A stretch of 64,000 bases of DNA from Convolutriloba macropyga (lineage: Eukaryota), in the NCBI RefSeq assembly GCF_964194025.1, contig NC_134478.1, positions 56,358,001 through 56,422,000 on the forward strand, read 5' to 3'. The notes beneath the pieces are model-generated. The model had not been told where the DNA came from and did no database searches. It saw nothing but the letters and a program-made list of their open reading frames with translations. Both the position numbers and the translations under genes were made by a program. Shown here one piece after another: positions 1 through 11,100 of the stretch; within the stretch, counting starts at the first letter, position 1, and the number at the start of each line of letters is the position of its first letter.

Positions 1-349
1 CTTTTGTTATCAGAGGAATCTCCCCGATTCGGTATTCCAATGACGTACACTTTTTTATTTGCAAGCCGAACTAGCTCGTTTGCTAGATTATTGAGTTCCT
101 CGGCTACTTCGTGAGGGTCTTGGGTTGACGGTACATCGCCTTTGAATAGGTCGTTGCCGGCAATGAAGATAACAATTCGGTCGTAGGAATGGCTGGTGGG
201 AAAAACTCTGAAAGGTGGCGAACTTGAGCACCGGGTAGTGACAAAATATTGAAGTTTGGGAAGTTGAGATGTTTTATTTGGGAGTCTCCGAGAATTATGT
301 TTTTTGAGGCCGAAGACGTGATAGCGCAAATGGGGATATACAGCAACAA
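1..349 (-). pseudogene. Frameshifted SGNH/GDSL-hydrolase-like fragment, runs off the window start
   Basis: ORF 349-104 gives IILGDSQ (block I) and SLPGA (block II). After a frameshift near 195-200 another frame reads YDRIVIFIAGNDLFKG...VAEELNNLANELVRLANKKVYVIGIP (block III GND), open to base 1. In-frame TAG at 367-365. Confidence 0.65.
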
Positions 350-538
350 AAAGTGCCCGTATTGCTAGGAACGACGGGTCTTTGGAATATAATCCTGTGG
401 AACCAATGCTGGCACTGGCGGATATGTTCAAGTCCCTAGCTCAATTTGATCTGAAATTACACAGTTTGTAAATTTGTTCAGAATCTATTTAACAAGTTTA
501 ATCTAAGCTATTTAATAAGTTTATCACAACAGTTAGGG

Positions 539-985
539 CATGCTCTTCATTGCCCAAAAGGTGGCTATACGCAAAGACAATATGGCTTCCATGACACTTT
601 TGTCAGCCTGCTCAATGAGATCTGCGATAATGTCGAAGTAAAGCGCTGTCGTCCACAAATAACTGAATTTTGTTATCTAATAAACTGAACGAAACAAACT
701 GGGGTTAATGTAAAACCCTTGGACTTTTTCCTAAATTCTGTTTTATTATTATTATAATAGAGGTATCACTACTGATGAGCACGTTTCAGCAGAATATTCT
801 TTGATGTGAAAGTGTTTAATTCGTATGCTAAGAGTTGCCCAAGAAGCATACCAAGAAGGATAATCGATTTCGAGAAAGCCACATTCTGTCAGTTAATCTC
901 ATGTACAGGAGGAGGAGCATCAAAAGCCATACCCAGATTGGCTTCCAGGATCAGCGACGGGAAAGAAGATTCATGTTCGGACGGT
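539..985 (+). mobile_element. Degenerate 3' fragment of a CRE-clade (restriction-like endonuclease) non-LTR retrotransposon
   Basis: 539-655 translates HALHCPKGGY...HDTFVSLLNEICDNVEV (zinc-knuckle/RHN region). 780-985 translates RFSRIFFDVKVFNSYAKSCP...IIDFEKATFCQLISCTGG...RLASRISD, recognisable as the RLE domain with internal deletions. Unrelated AT-rich DNA interrupts at about 660-775. Confidence 0.7.
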
Positions 986-1778
986 AGGGCATCACGTACA
1001 GTAGGGCAGAAAATGCGGGCTTTCGCGTTGCTGAATACACTGCCTCCGTGGCGCACGCTCCGTGGCGTGAAGTGCTGTACTTAGGCGCGAAGTGCTGAAC
1101 TTCAAGAGACATTAAATCCTCTCTGCAGCCTTTCCCTTTAAGCTTCTGAACCCTTCACTGTCAGCTACAAGAAGCTCATTTGTAGTTGGGTGATTGTCTT
1201 CTCCACAAGATGCTATGTTGGAAGATGAAAAGGTTTCTGCTTCTATAGTTATTCCAATATGTAGCGTGACGGGTTACCACTGGTAGCAAAGGCAGCTCTC
1301 TGATGCAAAAAATTCTTAGGATAAGTTACTGCAACCATTGGAACAGTGAGAACAAACAAATTAGACTGCAACTGTACCGGCTGCAACACAGCCATGTGTG
1401 AATGGCACAGAAGCCTAAACTCCCTCTGTCTCCATTGCAAGAATTTTGTTGATTAAAAATGTGACCTGTAGATTTTGAAAATGACTAACTACCGTAAATT
1501 AATAACTACCGTATCTAACAATATTTAGCAAAGAACGATATCGTTGATGTGGAGCTCACGTATTGGTAAAAGAACTTACTAACATTGTAGCAGTTCCTAA
1601 TCACTAAGCTGGCGCATGGCGTGATTTTTTGCTTCAAATAACCTGTTCGCTTTTAAATTTAAATAAAACAATTGATTTTGTTTAAATTATTTACACTTAT
1701 TGTATAGTTAGCGTCAGTCATGTCGATAATGTAGTATCTCTCTTTTTAAAATGAACCTTTTTTGGTTTCAGTTGACGA

Positions 1779-1823
1779 ATGAAGTGTTCACATAAACGTG
1801 TTCGCCTCAAAAACTGTGTTTGA
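1779..1823 (+). promoter_or_regulatory. 14-codon uORF (MKCSHKRVRLKNCV*) whose TGA overlaps the CLC start codon (TGATG)
   Basis: ATG 1779-1781 just after splice acceptor tttcag (AG 1770-1771); TGA 1821-1823; CLC ATG 1823-1825. Confidence 0.5.
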
Positions 1824-2195
1824 TGTCTAACGAAAACCAAACTGAAGACTTGCATGCTATTTTTATATCTGAATCTAATCCTAATTTTGATAGTTCCCAG
1901 CTTGCTTTCGCCCATCCGTTAGAGGAGGACGTTACCCCGACACAATTTTCCGTACCAGTCGAAGAGGACGAAACATCTGCTCCTAAGCCAATTAACGAAG
2001 GAACAAATCCCGAGCAAATCAATCAAAGCACGGCAAGTGCTGATCCCGGCAAGATTAAGTCTCCAATTAAAGCATTTTCCTCGGCTGCGGCTACCGCGCT
2101 GCCAAAAGTAGACAAGATGATCAATGGATCATCCAGCAGACATTACAAGACATTGGCCAGCACAACTAGTGAAGACGATGAAAGGCTTCTGCAAG
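1823..2195 (+). CDS. CLCN3: CLC exon 1 (acidic, low-complexity N-terminal extension)
   Basis: Acceptor AG 1770-1771, ATG 1823, donor CAAG|GTTCG. Phase 1 matches exon 2. No homology recognised, so less certain; ATG 4069 is an alternative start. Confidence 0.7.
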
Positions 2196-5100
2196 GTTCG
2201 ATCTTGGTTTTTGGCCCTGTTTTAATTTGGTAGCTGATGTTTGCTTAACGTTGCTAGGAGAATTGGCGGACAGGTCCTTTAGCTGACCAGGAAAAAATGA
2301 GAATCTTCGCCGACCGCAGCTTCGGAATTAATATACTACCGCATTTTACGTAATTTATCGGCTAATGTTCTCATTTTGTGGTCGTCGATACAATACATTT
2401 TTCAAAACGAATTACTTTGTTCACGCATGCTGATGGAAACAAAACATTTTGTGCTCATAGGAACAGGAATCAATTTTGTAAAAATTAGATAAACTCATGC
2501 ACAGAAATACTCGAATTATCTACTCGTAAGGAATGATTGTTTAAATTTTGGTGCTAAAATTGGAAACTAAAATAATCGAGACGGCTGGGAACCATCTCTG
2601 TGAGGTGGTAAAAAACAATCGGATGAGTCCAGATTGGTGCCCACCGTTTGCTCCGCTTAAACCGCAAAAATGTATTTTATGTGCATCTTCTTTTCTCCGC
2701 ATGGTGACCAGTAGTTTTTGATCTGTTGGCCTATCAATTAACTTTGCCTATACGCAAATAGAAATTTTGAGAAGGAGTTAGTCCACAGTACAGATATTTA
2801 ATAGCCGCACAGCGATAGCTGGGGCTATTATTGGCCTTCTCTTGGTTTTTTACAATTCAAAGAATTTGAATTGTATTGGGGCGCTGTCTTTTTTTTTAAG
2901 ATCTGTTCACACATTTTCATGATTTTTGAAGTCAAATTGGAGTAGTGATTTTGGTCACGCCGAAACAGGAAATGGAGCGAAAAAGCGAGTGGTTTGGCGG
3001 CGTGAATTTTTTTCGCTCTAATTTTAAAGTAGAGTGAGAAAATGGTGTTTGAACAAAAATTCGGTTTCTCGGTAGTGGTTTTTTGTTCACATGCGGCAAT
3101 TTCACTCTGATTTTTACTGTTTTTTCGATTTTTTGGATCGGTTTTTTTTCTAAATGGTTTTCCCAATCCATTCAAAGCTCATTCTAGGCCTAGTTTTTTG
3201 TGTGAATTAAATTTTCATTTCTCGTTAGTGGTTTTTTTGTTCACATGCGGCATTTTCACATTGATTTTCTGTTTTTTTTTCTTATTTTTTTATCAGAATT
3301 TTTTAAAAATGGTTTTCTCAATTCACTCTTAGTCCATTCTAGGTCTGGTTTTTCTGTTTAGTCATTGAAAATTTTTTGAATTGTACGTCAGGACTTGTCC
3401 TGCTGTTTTTTTATTTCGTCGTCATGATTTTTGTTACGACCATATGACGTCACAGCCACTTTTTGTTCATTCGTTCATGCAATTTCAACTGAATTGCATG
3501 TGTGACGTCATTTTTCGCTCTTAGTGGAGCGAGTTTTTTTGTTCATGCGCGTGATTAAATTTTTGGTCACACTTAACTCACTCTCAAAAATGATTTCCTC
3601 ACTTTGAAATCGACTTTTATTAACTTTAATTCAAAGAGATAAGGTCAAATGGGTGTGTGTCACTCTAAATGAATGTTATTAAAGAGCAGCTAATAGAGGC
3701 AGCAATAACTTATACAGATTTTTAATCAAAATATAACAGATCAACCTTCAATGAAAAGACGAATTTTTTTGATCTGTCTTTTTTAATGTTTTTTTTTAGA
3801 CTGCCGATCTGCGAATCTATTGCGGCTATTTTCTGGCAATCTGCCAGCTATGTTTTCTTATTGTGGTTTATCAAACTGTTTGGTTTATCCAAAGAAAAAA
3901 ACTTACATTGAATACTTTCACCATTGAGCAGCCCTTGGATTCAAAACACTTTATTTGGTCTAAACAACTATTTTGATACCAAAGATTAACCTGAAACGTT
4001 GATATAAGTTAAAGTTGATTTACCATAAATTCATCAATTTATTCAAGAAATTTCTTTTATTAACAGGAATGTCAAGCGAAGCCGCAGCTTACGACTTCAA
4101 GCACGTTGGAGATTTCTCTCAAGGGACTATATTTGGAAAAGATGAAGTTGATCCAAATAGTGGAAGAGAGGAAGAAACAGCGCCTATGAATTACAGTTAT
4201 GGCGATTTTCACACAATTGATTGGGTTCGAGATATTCAGAGAGATCGCATGAGACATCGACAGCTGATCAAAAGGTGTAATGCTGAGGGAAATGACTGGA
4301 GAAGCACATTAAGGAGATATTATGACTCTCTTAACGCCTGGATATGCGTATTTTTAGGTTAGTTATTTTGTGACCAGTTCTAGTATTTCATTTGACTAAG
4401 GTCGTCCAATGAGTTTTATCAAGCCATGTGAAAGAGTTGCTCTCTTGTTTTGACTATTGAATGAACTGTGGCCGGTCATCGTATTCAACTTGAAACACTA
4501 CGTGCAAGTTTAAAAATGCCAGATCTCCACAGTGTCAGTTTGCCAAGTGCATGTTTTCCCGGTAGACAGTATCAGAATTTGATACTAGTAGAGCGCAAAA
4601 GCAACCAAAAAAGCAAGATTAAGTAAATATAGGCTAATTGTTGGGATAAACTTATTAAATAGTTCCATAGTCTGCAATGACTAATGATGAAAAAACTGAC
4701 CTGGACAGAACTGAATCAACTTCAGCACCTGGAGGTTAAGAATACTACCCCTCAATAGTCGAATTACTGTACTAACAGTGAAAAATTCAAGAGACTCACT
4801 GGCAAACTAACGAAGGAATGGATCATCTGCGTTCTCAAAGATGCCGTATACCATGTACATCTAATATCTTGAATTCTATCGATGAAAAACATAAGCTAAA
4901 TAACTGTAAAGAAAATTCTGATTTTCCGAGCCAACTTCTTAACTCAATTAATGAAGAACTTATACTGCTAATGTAGTTCAACCAGGATGTTTGTATTCCA
5001 AGGCTAAGGACCAGAAAACTCATTAGTTACGCTTAAATTTTATTTGCGTTTTGGAGAGCAAACGAAGTCAAAACCTGCCTGATTTGGATGACAAAATTGC

Positions 5101-8100
5101 AGTTGACAGCATTATTGGTGACCTCGGCTTAGAAAACGTTTCTACGGACTGTATCGGACTTGGTAGACCAGCATCAGCTGGAGACTCTCCTAAAAAATCT
5201 CGCCCTCTTGCTGTTACCTTTAGAAATATCTGGAGCGACGAAAATGTTTGCAAAGTCTATTGAAATGCCTTCTTACCAGAGTAAAAAATCCAGATCTCTT
5301 ACCAAAAATACCAAAAACCAGATCTCTCAAGTGAGCCGTATAATTAAGCAATATATTCTGAAAAAGGAAAGAGAATTGCTTACTGATGCCACGCTTAAAA
5401 ATTCGCAAGCTCAAGTTATTTGCTGATGGCCAAGAACAAACTGCACAATGACTATCTACAGTAAATATTGAAGTGCTAAACTGCCGAGGTCTTATCAGTT
5501 TTCTTAAAACACTCTGTCTAACGAACCTAGTGCCACAACGATTTCCAGAAATCTTGTGGCTTATTGAAACTCGGCTTGACAAAAATATAGAGTTTCTGAA
5601 TATTTTAACCAACAAATATAGTATAGCAGCAAGAGCTGGTTGTTCTGATGGCTGGCACGGTGGAGCTTGTATTCTTTCTAAAACTTCCATCGCTTTTTCA
5701 CCGGAGAAAACTACGGAAGACCACGTCTGTTGTGCGTGCTTTCCCTTGACCCTCCATCTTCTGGTTTGTGTTTATCATCCACCATGCGGCAGTAACTTTC
5801 TGAACAATATTTTAGTTTGAACTGACTTGTGTTGACTGGGGCTCATTTCATGTGGTGATCCTGGACCCACTAAATTACTAGATTACTTAATTAGCTTTAA
5901 GTTAGAACAATTGACGAACCCACTAATAATGGAGGGAGCATTTTGGACCTCGATTTCAGTAATTCCGATGCGCTGCGCTGGCACCGTCATCTCTCTAAAT
6001 CTGTTTACTTGAGTGATCATAAGTTTATCACTCTCTGTATTGATGCTGAAACTGAATTAATTTCTGAAGAGACGCTTGTCTTACCATTGTCCAGTTCTCA
6101 GCCACTCGGCTGTCATAGTCTAGTCTTTTTGCGGTTAAAAGCAAAATTGAGCTCTATTTTACATTAATCGGTGTTTTGCGGATTTTTGTTCTATGCTAAC
6201 TCCCTTTTATTCCCAGAAGAGAAAGAATAGCCTGTTTTACCCTTCCTTTTATAGCTCTTATAATCTGTATTGTCGTAATAAAAGAGATGCGTACTCGAGG
6301 CGACAAGTGCTATCTTTATCAGAGCTGAAATTTCTCGCAGAATCATGCTCAGATGCCATCGAGCTCGATACAACCAACCACTTCATAGAAAAAAAAATCT
6401 TAACCGAATATTCAAATACTCAGCACTGCTTTAAAACTTCTCAAGATACTTAAAAGGACGGCTTCATTCCCAGCTCTTATGTTTCCAGTGATCAGGTTCA
6501 TTGATTACTCGAATAGAGACCATAACTTGTTCAGTTTTGGCATTGACAATTTAGAGGGTGCCTTGTCAAGATTGAGTCATGGTATTGGTCTTGACAATAT
6601 TCCAGGAAAATTTCCTTGCACAGTTTCTTAGAAAATTGTTTTTCCCGTTTTTAATTTTTTTCCATTAAGGTCAATTGCACGTTTCTATTGCATTACCCCT
6701 GCTGATTGCCCCAATACACAAAAAAACGAGAAAGTTCATCTATCAGCATATAGACCTATCAGTAACCTCCCAAAAGTTTCAAAGGCCTTTGACAGAATCA
6801 ATTACTCAAATCTCTACCCGAAATGCATCTTGGGTCCCTTGTTGTGTGTTTCATTAGTGAATTACCTGATGACTAATGATGGGCTGCTATTTTTATATGC
6901 GGACGACAGCAAAAATTGGTAACGGTTCAGTCTCTGCTCTTATATAAAGTTATCAAAATTGAAAACTAAATCAAAATGAAATCAAAATCCGGAACTATTA
7001 ATGGTCATTGGCAGATCTATTGCTGACACTCAAAATTCCTGTGGAAATAACACCGTAATAGCCTCGGAAGTTATATTGATCTGGGCGTTACCATTAGTGC
7101 TATTTTGAAGTGGAATAGCCATATCCTGAGGAAAATCGTTTATAGAATTTTTACTCTATGTAAAAAATCTTCTGAAAACTCCCGAAGACCACGAAAATAC
7201 GACTGTACAATTGCTATGTTCTGTCTGCATTACTGCAAGCCACTGAAGTTTGGCATCCGTCAAAAGCGTATGTATTTAAACTAGAGCTCTTTCAAACTGG
7301 AGCAACGAAGTTGTGTTCTCAAATCATCCTGTGTTGTGAGATTATGCGAATCTAGAATTCTACCAATAAGTCCACCTCTAGAAATGAAAGACATTCTTTT
7401 TCTGAAGAAACTGATAATTGGTGGATTTGATTTCGCTCTTGATCTTGTTTCAGTTGATTGTCCGAGAGGTGACTATTTTCTTCGACAAAAACCGCTAAAA
7501 GTCCCTAAGATTTCATGCAAGCTGGCCGACTCCGCTTTCGTGCGAGCTGTAATGTTTGGAAACTCCTAGCAACATTTTATAGAACTCGACGTTTTTTTTG
7601 AAGCTGAAGCGTTTAAGATGTAGCTGGAAAAACACTTAATGGCGTTTTTTGATTACAAATACACCCCGAACTCTCTAAAACTATGTTATGTGTTTTGTTA
7701 TTGCAGCTAATAAAGTCTTTTACTACTACTACAATAAGCAAAACCTCTGAACTACATCCCGTTAGCGGCGAATGCCAAATCTTTCTGTGACTTTAGCAAA
7801 GCCATGTCACTCATACATATTCTGCAGAGTGGATCATTAATATGAAAACTGCTAAACAAGAAAAACGATCACAGATCCAGAAGTTTTTCAGAAATAATTT
7901 TAAGAAGGACAAGTGCCAGCATCTGGTATAGCAGTACAAGATACCGTTATCCAGAAAAATACAGGGGGGCATTGCATGTTTAATTGCTCTCGAAATTGCT
8001 CTCAAAAACAAATTTAAGAAGGACAAGTGCCAGCATCGGGTATAGTAGTGTTCCCAATGACCTTGGAAACTCAAGAAAAGCATGACTTTTTTGCTGATGA

Positions 8101-11100
8101 TTAAAACTACCGCCAAAAACCTGAGAGTTACTCTTTCCCGAAAACATCTGACAAGAAGTCGCAACCAAATAAGAGCAACCAAAAGTCTAGAATATATGTT
8201 TCATTACATAAAATGGAGATCTACCCCCGTGATTAAGAAACATAGTCTACCTTCTGAAACGGATTTTTTTTAACAAAGAGGGTTACATCAACCCCGCCAC
8301 TACCAATGACAAAAAAACAGTACCAAGATTGTCTGACCACCTGTTACACAACACCTTCTTTTGATGAGAATTCAATCTGTGATGGGCGGTTTGCGTTGAG
8401 CACAATTACAGTTCCTTAGATCGATAATAGAGCAACAAGGCAATTTTGTGCCAAGTCAATCAGCAAGAAAAGCCCCCAAGAAGATTTTTTTTTGGTCTCA
8501 GACGTCACCAAAGACGAGGAGATTTTTTTCAAGGGTTCCAGACGTCACCCAATTCAGAAGGCCTGATTTTTTTTGTCGCAGACGTCACCAAAGACGAGGA
8601 GATTTTTTTCAAGGGTTCCAGACGTCACCCGATTCAGAAGGCCTGGTTTTTTTGGTCGCAGACGTCACCAAGAGATTATTGCCCGAGGTTCCAGACGTCA
8701 CCTCAGGAGTCCCTTCCCTGGTTAGACGTATCCAAAAACTGGAAGTTTTTTGCGACAAAAAATCTAAAAAAAAAAAACAGAAAATTTCCCCCAACGAGCT
8801 TTTGTGGATGATTTGTGAAAGAAATAGCCATGAGAAACTACATGTCGCACTTAGCAAAAGAAAAACACTCAAGTTGCACGAAAAAACGATATAGCGTTTT
8901 TGCATCGGAAAAATTCGAAAACATGTTTTTTTTAGATTTGTCGAAAAAAATCTACGACAGTATAATTACTAGTTGAATAGAACACCTCAGTTGGAGCTTA
9001 AATTGACTTTTTCTTAGTCTAGTTGTTTATGTGAAATTTTTGCTCAAAAAACAAAGTTGCAAAAGTGCTTTTTTAAGCGTCAAAAATCAAAAAACGTTAT
9101 TCCAACGTTTTAATGAAAACTTTTTAATAAATCCAAGAAAACCTAATGGTTGGGCCTTTCTCAGTTTGCTATAATACAAGTTTTAAATTTAGTTTATAGA
9201 TTTTGCAATTTAAAAAAGAGGCGAATAGTATTTAACAAAAATTGCATCTCTGACTTTAAAAATTCAGAAAACGTTTTCTTGACGTTATGATATAAACAAG
9301 TAGTAGATCCAAGAAAACCTATTGATTGGGTGCCCTCAGTTCGCTATAAAACAAGTTTAATAGTTAGTTTATGGACTTCGCGTTTTAGCAAAGAGACAAC
9401 TAGAATTTGGCAAAAATTGCATCTCTGACTTTAAAAATTCAAAAAACGTTTTCTTGACGTTGTGATATAAAGAATTAGTAGATCCAAGAAAACCTATTGA
9501 TTGGGTCCCCTCAGTTCGCTATAAAACAAGTTTAATAGTTAGTTTATGGACTTTGCGTTTTAGCAAAGAGACAACTAGAATTTGGCAAAAATTGCATCTC
9601 TGACTTTAAAAATTCAAAAAACGTTTTCTTGACGCTATGATATAAACAATTAGTAGATCCAAGAAAAACTATTGATTGGGCTCCCTCAGTTTGCTATAAA
9701 ACAAGTTTAATAGTTAGTTTATGGACTTTGCGTTTTAGCAAAGAGACAAGTAGAATTTGGCAAAAATTGCATCTTTGACTTTAAAAATTCAAAAAACGTT
9801 TTCTTGACGTTATGATATAAACAAGTCGTAGATCCAAGAAAAACTATTGATTGGGCCCCCTCAGTTTGCTATAATACGAGTTTAATAATTAGTTTATGGA
9901 CTTTGCCCTTTAGCAAAGAGACGATTAGAATTTTGCATCTTTGACTTTAAAAATTCAAAAAACGTTTTCTTGACGTTATGATATATACAATTAGTAGATC
10001 CAAGAAAACCTATTGATTGGGCCCCCCTAGTTTGCTGTAATACATGTTTGCAAGTTAGTTTGCGGACTTTGCTTTTTAGCAAAGAGACAACTATAATTTG
10101 GCAAAAATTGCATCTTTGACTTTAAAAACTCAAAAAACGTTTTCTTGACGTTTTGACATAAACAATTAGTAGATCGAAAAAACCTATTGATTGGCCCTCT
10201 TCAGTTTGCTATAATACAAAATTTAAAGTTAGTTTATGGATTTTGCATTTTAACGTAGAGACAACTAGAATTTGGCAAAATCGCAACTTTAACATTAAAA
10301 ATTCAAAAAACGTTTTCTTTACGTTTTGACATAACCAATTACTAGATCCAAGAAAACATATTGATTGGGCCCCCTCAGTTTGCTATAAAGCATGTTTAAA
10401 AGTCAGTTTATGAATTTTGCATTTTAACAAAGAGGCAACTAGATTGCGGCAAAATTGCATCTTTGACTTTAAAAAATCCAAAAACGTTTTATTGACGTTT
10501 TGTTATAAACAATTAGTAGACCAAAGAAAGCCTATTCATTGAGCACCCTCAGTTTGTTACAAAACAAGCTTCAAATACTGTTTATCCATTTTGCATTTTA
10601 ATAAAGAGGCAACTTAAAATTGGCAAAATTGCTTCTTTGACTAAAAAAAATTCAAAAAAAAAACTTTTCTTGACGTTTTGATAAACAATTAGTAGATATT
10701 AGAATACCTATTCATTGAGCCCCCTCAGTTTGGATTTAAACAAGCTTCAAATTTAGTTTTTCGTTTTTGCATTTAGTAAAGAGGCAACAGAACATTTGCA
10801 AAATTGCTTCTTTCAAAAAAAAACGTTTTCCCAACGTTTTCGTTAAAACATTTATTAAATCCAAGAGAACCTATTGATCGCAGCGCTTCATTTTATTTCA
10901 AAAGAAGTTGATAATTTTTTTTTATCTTTTTCGCAAAACTGCAAAGAAGCAACAGAAAAGTGGCAAAATTGCTTCTCTGACTTATAGAAACCAAAACACA
11001 TTTTTTTCTACCTTTTATTTAAAAATATCAACCGAGTTTAAAAAACTTATTGAATCAGCCTCCTCACTTCATTACAAAACAAGCTAAGAAATTTTGTTTT

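Noticed and set aside
1105-1470. Possible minus-strand exon (acceptor-like site near 1466 and short open frames)
   Set aside because: Stops in all frames within about 60 codons and no recognisable homology.
2828-3175. Recurrent minus-strand ORFs (also 23982-24167 and 51877-52119)
   Set aside because: Open frames within the non-coding H3 repeat; not conserved between copies.
8090-8145. CTGATGA...GAAA in the LTR as a hammerhead ribozyme core
   Set aside because: No stem II or stem I/III pairing could be built around it; the same holds for CTGATGAG at ~772.
8499-8733. CRISPR-like repeat-spacer appearance
   Set aside because: The repeat is only 11 bp, spacers are duplicated, the context is a eukaryotic retrotransposon, and there are no cas genes.
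8446-8905. Overlapping ORFs of 98-148 aa
   Set aside because: By-products of the tandem motif array; no protein features.
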